A DNA stretch of 63,578 nt, filler included, from Reticulomyxa filosa (lineage: Eukaryota > Protista > Foraminifera): the NCBI GenBank assembly GCA_000512085.1. It is 14 parts of 14 records of this genome, joined end to end, with 100 filler letters (N's around TTAATTAATTAA, not from the genome) between each part and the next. Parts side by side here need not be neighbours in the genome. Positions count along the whole stretch, not along the records: positions 23,007 to 37,459 come from ASPP01023434.1; positions 37,560 to 39,710 come from ASPP01026767.1; 12 more parts are not named here. One strand, given 5' to 3'. The position numbers and the translations under genes are program-made. The notes below the pieces were generated by a model that saw only the letters and a program-made list of their open reading frames with translations, was not told the origin of the DNA and searched no databases. This document shows positions 25,602 to 37,658 of the stretch, in pieces (within the stretch, counting starts at the first letter, position 1; every line of letters begins with the position of its first letter).

Positions 25602-26870
25602 TTAAGAAAAATTGGGGTCCCAAACCCAGCAATTGGACAACCATTTTTCACCTTCAAGAACAGGCATAGCCTCATGTAAGGTCAAGGTATCGGCGTTCCC
25701 GTCTTCCAACATATTATAAAACATGACGACGGAGCCTTGTCCAGGATGAACCTTCAAGTCAATACGCGGGAAGTGTGTTTCCCCACCGCTGCTGTTTGAA
25801 ACTTGATTATTGAGATATATCAAAAAAGTGAGAAATCGCATTTGTTCGCGATTATTTCTCCAGTCGTGGTGGGGGCGATAGTATTGCTTCAATTGATAGC
25901 GTACAACCTGAAGACTCTCAGCACCAATGGTATCCCAGAGATGAAAATGGTCGATGTTAATGGCGTGAGCAATTCTCCGAAAGATCCAATCAACGGCTTC
26001 GGTGAACGAACGTTTGACCCAAGCTGTGCTCGACGTTCGGGTGAGGTCTTCAAAGGCCTGTGCACCCACTTGAGAGCGTCGCAACAAAGGCTGTGCCAAG
26101 TCGATAATGTGTTGACATTCAAATGGACTCAAAAAATTTTTCAAAAGAAGCACTTTCGGTTTAACCGACAATACCGACCATTCCAAAGTGATAGGTTTTT
26201 TTTCTATCAAGCATTTTTTCAATTCCTTTTTGTTGACAAAGGATTGTGGATAACACTTCAAATGAGTATAGTTAGTTTTCACTTGGAATGTCTGTCCGAT
26301 TTCGGTCACTGGATACATATAAAGGACTGGCTTTGGCCGCGGATAAAAAGATTCCCATTCAATCCCTTTTTGCTCTTTGTAAAATTTTTGAAAGGCTGCT
26401 GCTTCCTTCTTCAATTTCTCTTCTTCCAATTTTCTTTGCTCTTCAGTTTTAAATATCAACTGGTTCACACCATATTTCATTGTTGTCCAGTACAATTTCT
26501 CGTGTGAATGTCCTGGGTGTTGATAGTAGAACTGATGTCCTTGGTACGTGCCGATCTTTATTACCTCATTTGGGCGTAGCACACCTTGCAACACTCCATC
26601 TCGTCCGTTGTCATAATACAGTTCCACCACTTCATCGCTTTCGTTGATAAATTCTACCCAATATTGCTGCGGAGGAGGACCTGGCACTTGCGTGTATTTC
26701 AGTGCTGTTGGTGGCAACTCGTCCGGAACACTGTCTAAGTCTGCCAGCCTACGATCCTCGTTATGCGTCCTCCCGTCACTGTCCACTGACACGGTTTCTA
26801 TTTCTTCCTGTCCTTTGCATAACGCAATCAGTATTAAAAAAATTAAGGCAAGAAGTGAGTAATGTCCCAT
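25602..26870 (-). CDS. Secretory prolyl 4-hydroxylase alpha (2OG-Fe(II) oxygenase) with N-terminal VHL-beta-like domain
   Basis: Signal peptide; LSVKPKVLLLKNFLSPFECQHII, RTSSTAW, ESLQVVRY, YRPHHD (HxD), TFLIYLN, GGETHFP, LHEAMPVLEGEKW (distal His and 2OG Lys). Intronless, 422 aa. Confidence 0.92.
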   Translation of the reverse strand: MGHYSLLALIFLILIALCKGQEEIETVSVDSDGRTHNEDRRLADLDSVPDELPPTALKYTQVPGPPPQQYWVEFINESDEVVELYYDNGRDGVLQGVLRPNEVIKIGTYQGHQFYYQHPGHSHEKLYWTTMKYGVNQLIFKTEEQRKLEEEKLKKEAAAFQKFYKEQKGIEWESFYPRPKPVLYMYPVTEIGQTFQVKTNYTHLKCYPQSFVNKKELKKCLIEKKPITLEWSVLSVKPKVLLLKNFLSPFECQHIIDLAQPLLRRSQVGAQAFEDLTRTSSTAWVKRSFTEAVDWIFRRIAHAINIDHFHLWDTIGAESLQVVRYQLKQYYRPHHDWRNNREQMRFLTFLIYLNNQVSNSSGGETHFPRIDLKVHPGQGSVVMFYNMLEDGNADTLTLHEAMPVLEGEKWLSNCWVWDPNFS

Positions 26871-27425
26871 TACAAATTGACCCTTTCTTTTTTTATTAAA
26901 GTTTTTTTATGGGTTCACTGTCAAAGTTTTTTAAAAGCAAACAAGTGCCACAAAGTAAGGGTCTACTTCACAAAAATTGCTCAAGCAATCTCTAATTTGC
27001 TTTTCCCCTGCCAAAGAAAAGTTACTTTACATATTAAATATGGATAAACCTCAAGGGAAAGCAAGGTTATTGACTTCCATCGCAACATAAACTTATAAAA
27101 CAAGCAAGCCCTGAAAAGTTGGTAGTATGTGTTGATTTTTTTACGCAAGTGGTAAAAAAAAAAGGGGGACAATTATTTTTTGTACGTTGAAAGGGGCAAA
27201 AAAACCTTGCCTGATCGAAATTTAGTAAATTTGTAAAAGATATCTCGTTATTTTACAAGCTCAACAAAGAACAAAAAAAAAAAAAAATTCGTGAAGAAAG
27301 AAAAACAAAACAAAGTGCTAAGACAAAGAACCACCGGACAAGTCTCTCCGTCAATGAATTCAGTGTACCAATATGTATCTTATCTGTCAATATTTCTTTG
27401 TTCGTTTGCTTCTCCTTCTTTGAGT

Positions 27426-28418
27426 CTACTTATCCGTTTCATCGAGAGTGATGGCATTGGCCGGTAGTTTTTGCGAGGTGAGTTGCATGTGCGCCTGCGT
27501 GATACGTACTTTGAAGCGTGTGAGAATGGCTTGATGTAAGGAGTTGCAAAAAAAGAGGTAAAAGAGCTCGGTAAAATTGAGTGAGAGAAACAAACAAGTG
27601 AGATTGACAGCACAATCAAGAGCAATAGCGACGAAAATGAAAAGTTCTAAAGGAAAGTTTGCGATCTTGACCAAAAGACCGATAGCAATGACAACCACGG
27701 TCACGCAAGTGCTCGTGAGTGCAAGCGATGCCAAAATGGTATATCTGGTCATGACTTGAATTAGAGACAGTTGTTGGTTGTTCAGCTCCAAAGTGTTGTC
27801 GGGATTGATCATCATACTATATCTCGAACTCGCTAAGTACAACAGCTTGCCCACAAATAAAGACACCAAATGCACAACACTGCCCATGTACAACAGCGTT
27901 GCTGTGATCGCCAAAGATACAGATGTTGTGCTGGCGTGGTTTGGAGTCACTTTCATTTGCAAGAATGCATATAACACACAATAAATTGGAACCGGCACCA
28001 ACAGGAACAATCGTTGCCGACGCGACAATCGTAGTCGTGGTGAGCCTTGGAACGTATAATGCAGCCTACCTGCCAACAATATGTATACACCAATCAATCC
28101 TAAATAATACATTGGCGTGCCCGTCATTGCCAACCCTACTGTCACTTGCGCTTGCTCGCCTATGCAGAATCCAAATGCAATCGGGGCCATCAACGAATAT
28201 CCGCTCCAACATGTTGCACAAAATATTGTCATCATCCAAAAAAATAACGAAAAGCTCACTCTGCTCGTCCACAGATACTTTAACAACCGTCCGTACATTG
28301 TCGTCACAATTATTGTACCAACACCACATATGCAAGCGCTTACCCATGCCACGGGCTTGGTTGTTGGATCATTACACACCTTTATACCCCAATCCAACAG
28401 CTGAGCATACGTTACCAT
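27426..28418 (-). CDS. Seven-transmembrane GPCR-like orphan protein
   Basis: Intronless 330 aa; seven hydrophobic segments, RL after TM3, D..VN in TM7, and a Cys-containing helix-8-like tail. Confidence 0.7.
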   Translation of the reverse strand: MVTYAQLLDWGIKVCNDPTTKPVAWVSACICGVGTIIVTTMYGRLLKYLWTSRVSFSLFFWMMTIFCATCWSGYSLMAPIAFGFCIGEQAQVTVGLAMTGTPMYYLGLIGVYILLAGRLHYTFQGSPRLRLSRRQRLFLLVPVPIYCVLYAFLQMKVTPNHASTTSVSLAITATLLYMGSVVHLVSLFVGKLLYLASSRYSMMINPDNTLELNNQQLSLIQVMTRYTILASLALTSTCVTVVVIAIGLLVKIANFPLELFIFVAIALDCAVNLTCLFLSLNFTELFYLFFCNSLHQAILTRFKVRITQAHMQLTSQKLPANAITLDETDK

Positions 28419-28669
28419 TGTAAATTGATGCTAGTGTTTTTCAATTGTTGCGTAAAAAAAGGGGCGAAAAAAGCACACGGTACATTTTTTAGTCACAGAG
28501 ACGACCACTTCTTTTTAAATTAAAGTTTTGCGTTTCTATAAGGCACGATTTGATTTTTGCGTGCGAAAATTTAGAAAAATAATTCGACATGCAGTTAAAT
28601 GTAAATGTTATAGAAAATTTTATCTTTCGCTTCACAATTCGGATTTAAAAAACATTGCAGGAAAAAAAG

Positions 28670-31600
28670 TCAAGTCTTTACGTCTGTGTTTGTTGGTGCT
28701 TCATTGTGCGTTTCCGATTGTTTTGTATCCTCTTCGCAGACTAACTCAATGGTCTGCTTATCGAATTCGTCCAGCTTTCTCATGGACATGATGTGCTCTA
28801 CCAAGACCAACTTGTGTTTAACTTGTTTTTTTGTGTTGAATGTAAAATAGTATTATATCACATGCGTGTATGTATAATTTTAGAAAATAGGGATTCCCTT
28901 GTCTAAAAAAAAGTTTTTTTGAGGAATAAACTTGTAGTTTGGGAAGGACTGATGTAAGGATCGGTCTTTTTTTCTTCGTTTGCAGTTTCTTGTGGTAGAG
29001 TTTTATTCTCACTATCAGTGTCTTTTTTTGTGTCGTTACAATCCTCAGATGTATATTGATAGGTTTGGACATGACACGCAGAATCAAGCATGATACTGTC
29101 GTTTTTAATAAAATCAACAACTGCTTTTGCGAAAGGAGATTGCGAAATGGGGGTACGTATTTGATTTTGCCGTTGGTATTGCAGCTTTTCTTGGAGATTG
29201 TTTCCCTTCAATGTCTCTTTCACATTTGCGGACAACGGATCGTGGTTCATCACTTTGTTGCCGTTGGTCGAACCAAAGCCAAACAAATTGCCCATGAAGG
29301 ACACGGTCTGCGTGGGCACGGTCAAGGACGATCCGACAAGAGAGTCGCCTTTCGAATGTGCAGGACAAGGAAGTGAGGCATTTTTTACTGGGGCATATCC
29401 AATTAACATGAAACTTGAAAAAGGTTGGAAACAGCGTTCCACAAAGCGATTCATAATACGCTGTTGAGCAGATGACAATATCAGCGCTTGTTTACCTAAA
29501 GCATCTGGAATTGATTTGCATAAATCAAACAATGAACGATCATGTAATGATATTCTTTCAAATACTCTGTAGTATTTCAAACCAAACATTTCTGATAATT
29601 TAAATTAAATATACATACATACATATATGTGATGTATGCATACGTGTGTGAACTAAGGTTTTCGAAATCCCAAGCCCGTATTAAAAAAAAGTTGAAAGAA
29701 CCTGCAAGCCATGACATTGCGCAAAACAATATTTGCAAAACGAGCCGTGAACAATGTTAGCAAATATCTAAAGACAGGACAAGGCAGCAACTTTTTTGGG
29801 GAAAAAAAGAAATTGTCCAAACGACTGTTGAGAAAGAGGCCCAAGCGCTTCGTGTCTATGTCTTCGTGGATGTTAAAGTATGCTGTGTTTTCAAAACGAC
29901 TTAGTAACAGTCGACAAATGATATCCAATAGTTGTTCTTCGATTTTGCGAATTTTGGAAACACTGTTCAATGCATTGATCCCTGCAAATTCCTCACGTAA
30001 ATGCTATTTTTATTTTGTGAACAATAAAATGATCATTCATTAATATACACATTTATTTATTATTATTATTATTATTATTGTGATTGATACCTTTTTGGAC
30101 TCTGTTTCTAAAGTTTCAATAAGTTGACAGGCACTCCGTAACGTGTTGAAAACAACACAAGTATAAGTGATCAAGTCTTTGATAAATATCGCGTCCAATA
30201 ATTTGGTATTGGCTTCGATTTCATGTAAAATTTTCTCGTCGAAGCAATCCCTCTTGGATGATCTTTCAATCCAGTGACTAATTTCATAGTTGATATACAT
30301 CAATTGCTCTAATTGGGATCCACCTACTTTCTTCACTTCATTTAGCAAATTTCTGCAGTAATCTTCAAGCATAGCCGCGCATCGCTGTTATTTTTTGTTT
30401 GTTTAAAAAAGATGTGTTTTCTCTCATATATTTTTTATTTTTCAACATCTTTGTAAGACAAAAAAAACAATTTTATTACCGTAATCAATTGCGACAAGTA
30501 AATATCATGATTGACAGCAGCGCATTTGTTAACTTTGTCGCTGATGATATGGCCGATGGAAACAATAGTTTGCAAGGACGTCAAAGCGTTACTTTTGGGG
30601 TCTTGCAAATTGAGCAATACGTTTTTTTCTTTTAGCTCCGCAAACGATTCCTGTTGCTGTGCTTTGGTACACTGCACTTTTAACTCACTTAAGCACTGCT
30701 CAATGAAATGATTTAAATTTCTTTCTAACTGCTTTGTGAACATTCCATCCACTTTTTTTTGTATGTGTACGTGTATATATGCATACGTATATGTGATAAA
30801 TGATTTATGCAAAAAAAAAAACAGAAAGAGCCTTGTATAAACAATGCACAATAGCAAAAAAAAAAATAGTAGGGAGAAAAGTGTTAACGTGATGCAACAA
30901 AGAGCTTGTGTGATGAGTCTTGTGGCAAACGCGACATCATTTTGTCAGTGGACAAAGGGTGTATATCCACGACCCGACGCAACTGACAAGGGCCATCCCC
31001 TACTTGTCTCTTTTCGCATGCAGAAATGCGTGTCCAGAGAGTGGAGTCATGGGAACTCTTTTTCACTCCAATGAACACAAACGATTCGTTATCTGACGGC
31101 AGTTGGGATGCGTCAACTTGCAATTGCTTCCATTGTCCGTGATGACTAACCTTTCCAATTGCATAATGCACTGTCATCACAACAAGTGAGGATTCGTTCA
31201 CTGTGCTACGTATTTGTTATTGTTTTAATCATTTATCGTACCATTTTTCATTTATCAACATCATATACATATATACATGTGTGTAATATCCTATAAAAGA
31301 AACCTTAAAAATTTTTCAATTTGTGCGTTGAAATCATTTTTTAAAACATTGACATCAAACGTTTCCGAATGCCAAGTATTGCGATTGTCGATGCCGATGG
31401 CAACCACACTCAGTCCATTGCCGCGTTTGCGATAGTCTTTGTCATCAATTTTGATCCACGAGACGGGGAGTGCTTGGTCTTTATCACACCAACTTCGAAC
31501 GTCCACCTCAATGCTCAAGATGCTTCGTAGCATATCGTCCATCAGTTCCTTTTCAAATTCCGAAAAGAGACGTTGCAATTCTGTCAACACCTCTATGTCC

Positions 31601-34600
31601 ATTGGCTGACTGTCCAACAGATCATTTATTTCATTGATAACTATACATATATCATTATTACATTGTTGTAGCGAACAATAATTTTTGTTTAAAAAAAGTA
31701 ACTTTGTGCAGAAAAGGTAGTTATCAATTGCGTCATAATATCCCAGCGCTTTGGTAAAAAGGGACGAAATTGACGTTGATATTGCTCTTTAATCTTTACA
31801 TATTGCACTCTATATTTCTATGCATTTGTTCAGTTTATTGTTTTAATCAGAGATTATCTTTTGTTATTTGATAAACGTAGTTGTCTCGTTAACTGACAAT
31901 ACTTTGTCCAAATTATTCAAGTGTGCCTGCTTATGACCGATCTGGAGATGATGATTGAAGAAGGGAGAGATAAGAGGTGAGAAGAAAAACAAACAAGCCC
32001 ATTCAAGTAACACAAATTAACAGAGCAAAAAAAAAAAACAGACCAATTGTTGAATGATGTAATTGACAATCTTGTCTTTGCCAGACGGTATTTCTTCCAT
32101 GAGTAAGCAAGCGCGATTCAAACGAACAATGGTGCCATCGCTCATATTGTCTCGGGCATAGCAGACGATATCCTTGAAAATGAGATCTCTTGCCTCTTTC
32201 ATTTTGGCATTGAAATCAGTTTCTGCTTGGGAAAGATCTAACAGAAAGAGGAGCATGTCAAAACATGATTACAGTTATTATTTGTGATCGTTGTAACAAA
32301 TCAAAACTTCGTAATGTTTGCACAACATCCCGTTTGGTAAGTAGGATTTGCAAACCCAAACGCAGATCCTCCAATCTTTCATACCAAGCAATGGCCTTGC
32401 GCACACTGTTGTCCGTTTCAAAGTCGCTAAACTCTTTTTTTCCTTCGGACAAGAGTCGTTCCAAATGTCGGATGTTTCGCAACGTTAAATACCAAACTTG
32501 CTCTATCTTTTGAATTGTCTCAATCCCGTCCCAACTCACATCCGCCATCGACTTTTCGTCAATCGGCATGCTCTTCATTGACAACAACGAGTTGGAATTG
32601 CAAACAGAAGAATTGCTGTCGCTGTCAATGGGTAGTGGAACAGAGGCAGACTTATGGTCTTTTTTCTCATTGCCATTGCTATTGTTATTGTTATTGTTAT
32701 TGTTACCGTTGTTATTGCTAGTACTATAGCTATTGCCATTGCCATTGCCATTACCATTGCTATTACCATTGCTATTATCATTGCTAGTACCATTGCTATT
32801 ACCATTGCCATTGTCATTACCAGTGCTATTGTCAATCAAATCTCCCGATGACTTTTCGTCTTTCAAAGTGTCATTGCTCACTTCGAAAAGATTGAATTGA
32901 AACACGTGTTTGATCTTTTGCACCCATTCATCGCATTCTTTCGTATCTTTGCAATCCAAATGATACATTTGATGCGGAAATGACAAATCAAAACTGCGTG
33001 CCCCTCTTCGCGCTTTTTCCGACCGTCCAAGTTTGCGCACCGATTGCAGCAAACCTACTTCAATCGTCCCTACACGCATAAATACAAATACTTTTTGGTG
33101 AAAACTTTTTAACAACAAAGACAATACTTGAATGATCAACTTTTCAATTTGGTGCCATTGAAATACTCCAAATTTCGATTTCCAGTTAATACAAAAAACG
33201 CCTTTTGAACGCGCGACATGGTAGACTTTCTTATTTTGAAGTAAAGCCATATTTCATGGCACGATACAACGATTCCGCCTGGGATATGTGTGAAGCGGAC
33301 AAGGAGGGCAGGATTTCGTCCAAATTGCCGTGCATTTGATCTCCAATGCACATCATTGGAGTGGTCAACTCCGCGCCAAGACGAGACTGACAATACACAC
33401 TCACTGCAGGCGCCCAAGGCAGACACGCTTCACTGTTCCACACTTGTTCATTACTTCGTGTTCGAACACATTGTTTGCCTTGCAAATCTGTTCACATATT
33501 AGTTAACGTTTGTTATATTTATACAAATATATACATATATATATGTATATAACAATCTCTTAACTATTGAAAATGTAACACACCTACATACTCTTCGGTG
33601 ACCTGCATCGGACTGAGCTTGCTACTTGATTGCTCGCACAGCTTCAAAATTCGATTGGTATATTCTCTTCGCACGCACACGTACCGAGGAACGTCCAAAG
33701 GCGATAAAATATGCTCCCGCGCGGCTGAATTCGCGTAGCCATCAATTGGTAGTGCAATGTCGCCCAATGCAACGTAGTCTTGTGGTGGCATTGCCCTCCA
33801 AAAGCTTCCCAGCGGCACATCCTCGGCTGTGTGGATATATGCATGTGACAACAGTAAACACACAAAACACTTCACTTTTGAATGGAATTAACATTTGTTA
33901 AATTTGGATTTTTGTGGCATGTTCTTTGGGTCTCGTGCGCTCCAAATGCATTTGAATCCAAGTGGGGCTTTGAAAGCTTCCGGATCATTTCCACCCGTTT
34001 TGACGATAATCAATTTGCCCATATTTGGCACGGTAAGTGGATGTTGCCAGTCATTCACCGCGATATGTCCAACCATGTACTCATTTGGGAACAACACGGG
34101 CTCCCACACCGACAACTTTTTCGTCGCGTTTTCCATTAGCGATTCTGATGTCCACACGCATCGAAAGATCGATGTATACGATATTACCAATGGAGAGTCC
34201 GCGATCACAGGGACGTGGCCTTCTCGAAACGAATTTGCTTGTATCCTTTTTTTTTAAAAAAATTCTTTAACTTTATAAGTGCCTCTTGTTTAGAGAAGGA
34301 AAAATTTGGAGTTTAAAACAAACAAAAGGAGTAATAGATATATCGTCACGGATAATTACATGTGTTGTGATTTCCAACGGGGAACAGTAAAAGCAGGACG
34401 TTGATTGGCATGTTTTTGTTCTGGAACAGTTAGACACATGAATGGCATCGGAACAGGGGTGTACACTCCGTAAATGTACTGCTCTGCCAATTGCACAAGA
34501 TGGAAATGACTTTTCTCGTGATGGAGGATCTCTCGAATCACTCGGCCATCTTCCACGTATTCATTGCGCACACATCCCAAGTACTCCATGTGATATTTAT

Positions 34601-36823
34601 CCTTCAAATGTCCTACACTCCATTTCAGTACATTACAAAAAAAAAAAAAAAAAAAGAGTTGTTCATGGCAACAGTGTAACAGATTTAATAAAATATATAT
34701 CTTTTATTTGTCAATTTTTTTTTGTTTTCTCCCTCCTTCTTAACTCTGTTCAAAGTAGGTCAAGATACGATCAGGAATGAATTCTGCAGGTATCTCTTCC
34801 TCTTCTTCAACACACACCGATCCCAATGCAGTATAGCCAGGTGGAGGTTTCAATATCATCCAATATCGATGTGCTTTTGTTTCTTCGACTCGTTCATGTC
34901 GAACAATTTGTAGTCTTTTGTTTTTTTTCGCAATCTCTTTTATTTAAAAAATAAATAAATAAATAAATAAATTCGGACAAACAAAAGTATAAAAAACAAC
35001 TGTTGGGGCGGTTTGATGGCTTCTTTGTCTCGACAATTGGAAGCAAAGAGAAAAGGAATGTTGTTATTGGGATTGATTGCTCTGGTCAACAACAAATGTC
35101 CAAAAAAGAAGATATTGGGCTTTTCCTTGACAAGCGCCTGCGGACGCAGAGGAATGCTGTTTTCGATCCACACTTTTTGCGCGAGAATCGGACTATCTCG
35201 AACGGGCGATTTCACGGACGATTGCGTGGGGACTTGAATATGTTGCGCAATATACTTGGACACATCTGGACACCAAACGGAGAGTTTGTTGTGATGGTAT
35301 CGCACAATTGGCTCTGACATCATCGTCTCGATATCGCACAAACTCAATCGAGACGACGTTATGTCAAAACTGGGCAGCGCCGATGTGCTTATGTGTTCGA
35401 ACGACCAACCGATTCCCACTTTCACGACGGGATATGGAATTGACAGCTGTGCTATGCCCCAATTGCAAAAAAAAAAAAGAAGAGATATCAAATAATGAAT
35501 CCATATGATATAAAAAAAAAAGGTCTTTTAAAATGAATTCGATTAGTAAGCTGTTCGTTTGACTTCATCGGTCAATGGAGACGTGAATCGATTTGTACGC
35601 GAATTGGACTTGTTCGTACTTGGCTCTTCGGCTTCGCTCTCGGACCAGCCGTCGGCCAAGTCCAAAGAATGTCTTCCATTGTATGGTTGCATGGGCAATG
35701 GTTGAACCAATGTGATTTTACCATTTTTATTTGTTTGCACAGTTAGTTTTTTCTTGTCATTATTGTTATCATCACTGTCGTTGTCACTATCATCCTCGTT
35801 GTTGCTGTCATTGCTATGATTCGCATCGTCGTTGCTCGGCTCATTTGTGCCTGCTTGCTTTTTCTCATCGCTCCCGTTATTTGTCGACATTTTCAACTTC
35901 TTCACTATTTCTGACTCTTCTCCCAACACTCGTACGCGCTTCCATTTGCGTCGTCGCACGTTGTGATTCAATTTTCTGCTATTGCAAGTCTGCGGAGATG
36001 TAAATTCTATTTTTTCCCATTTATTTTTATGTTTTATTATTTCTTTCTCTTTTAAAAAAAAAAAAAACAAACCGTAGCCATATTGCCAGCCTTTTTTGTC
36101 TGTACGCTCATCTACATGCACTTTCCAATCATCTTTCCATTCCCACGTTACTGCCAATGCCGCTTCTGCGTCTTTTTTTGTCCTTTGCATATTTGTACAT
36201 ACCATAGGCGCATATGCATATGCATATGCATATGCATATGCCATATGCATATATCATATGCATTGTACTCAATTGCACGCAAAAGACAACTCTTCTTTAC
36301 ATAAAATATACACAAATAAAGAATTACCAACGCCTTGCGTTTGTATCGCACCAATGAGGTGGGTCTCCGGGCTTGTAAGGGGAAGTCCATCTTCCGCCCA
36401 TTTTGCGCTCGTTTTCGACTAATATTGTAACAATATTGGTCACTCCTCTCTCTACTCGACACACACGAGGTCTTCGATGAATCTTTTGTCGGACCAAATA
36501 ACAGTGCTTGTGCTCATGACTCCATCCAACCTCGGGCTGCCACGCGTTTCCAAATGATTTGGAATATCTCCATTCGCTCGCACTCCACTCATCCACCCAA
36601 ACCCATCGATCCTTCCCATTGTCTCTATTTATCGTTGGCAAACCGATATTTTTCGGTTCATCACATGCCTCATAGATCGTATTGGTGAAGTGGTCTGGGT
36701 CGATGTTTGATCGAGGACACGGCCCCCAACCTTTCTGTTTCCAATTTTGTTTTCATGTTTGGGAACTTTTTTTTTCTTAATATATATGCTTTGTGCCTTT
36801 ACATACCAACAACCAGCGCTCAT
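28670..36823 (-). CDS. Very large multi-exon protein: 2x DysF, Vps62/DUF946-like repeats, PH domain, Sec6/CATCHR-like helical C-terminus
   Basis: DysF: ENERKMGGRW..DPPHWCD..WEWKDDW..GWQY..VRRRKWKRVR. Vps62-like: LSVWEP..GHIA, GSFWRAMPPQDYVALGDIA. PH: FFVL..LEYF..GTIEV..SFDL..YHLDCKDTKECDEWVQKI. Last exon VEHIMSMRKLD with stop at 28670-28672. All exons are collinear on one fragment; the single-gene model is inferred. Confidence 0.7.
36211..36240. repeat. (CATATG)5 palindromic hexamer microsatellite, intronic
   Basis: Five exact copies, with degenerate copies flanking. Confidence 0.9.
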
Positions 36824-37459
36824 TTTCCAAAACTATTTCCCAACAAAGTTCCATCCAGCAAACAATGAATGATTCGTCAAATTTTAATAAGGGATAGCAC
36901 GAAGTTTTTATTCATTTGTAGTTCGTCATTTTGTCTTATATTTTTTTTTTTAAGCTGCTCAAACAGCACTTTTTTTGGTATTACATTCGTCCTTAAAAAC
37001 AATTCTTTTAAAATTAATAATTTTATTTCAGTCACATATCTATCAATATTAGAAATATAAAATCATAATGTGGAGAAGCACATAAAAAAGTTTAAAACTA
37101 ATTCAACTTCATGTGGAGCAATCATGAATAATGAAGTTAAATCTTTTCCTGTTTTTTTAAAGAAAAAAAGAAATTAAATTAGTATAAATTGAAAAAATAT
37201 CGATAACGTGATACAACTATCACACCAAAGTGAAAATAATTTTTAATGAAATAAATTATATTTGAAACATTGAAGGCAAAAAGTCTATTAAAAGAAAATA
37301 TTTCTGAACAAATTTCATCTTATTGTTCCTGTTTTTATTTTTGTTAGTATTGCAAACAAAAATAAAAAGGCATTTGTTAAAGAAAATGACATTTAACGTT
37401 TCCAAGAGCTACAGCATGTTGCAAAGAAAACTGAACGCCTAAAACGATATCTTATGATG

Positions 37460-37559
37460 NNNNNNNNNNNNNNNNNNNNNNNNNNNNNNNNNNNNNNNNN
37501 NNNTTAATTAATTAANNNNNNNNNNNNNNNNNNNNNNNNNNNNNNNNNNNNNNNNNNNN
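37460..37559. other. Artificial contig linker
   Basis: N44-TTAATTAATTAA-N44. Confidence 0.97.
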
Positions 37560-37658
37560 AATAATAATAATAATAATAATAATAATAAACTCAATGTTTA
37601 TATCTCCGAAAACGTTCCGGAAACGAGTGAAAAAGAAAAAAAAGAATCGCGCAATATC

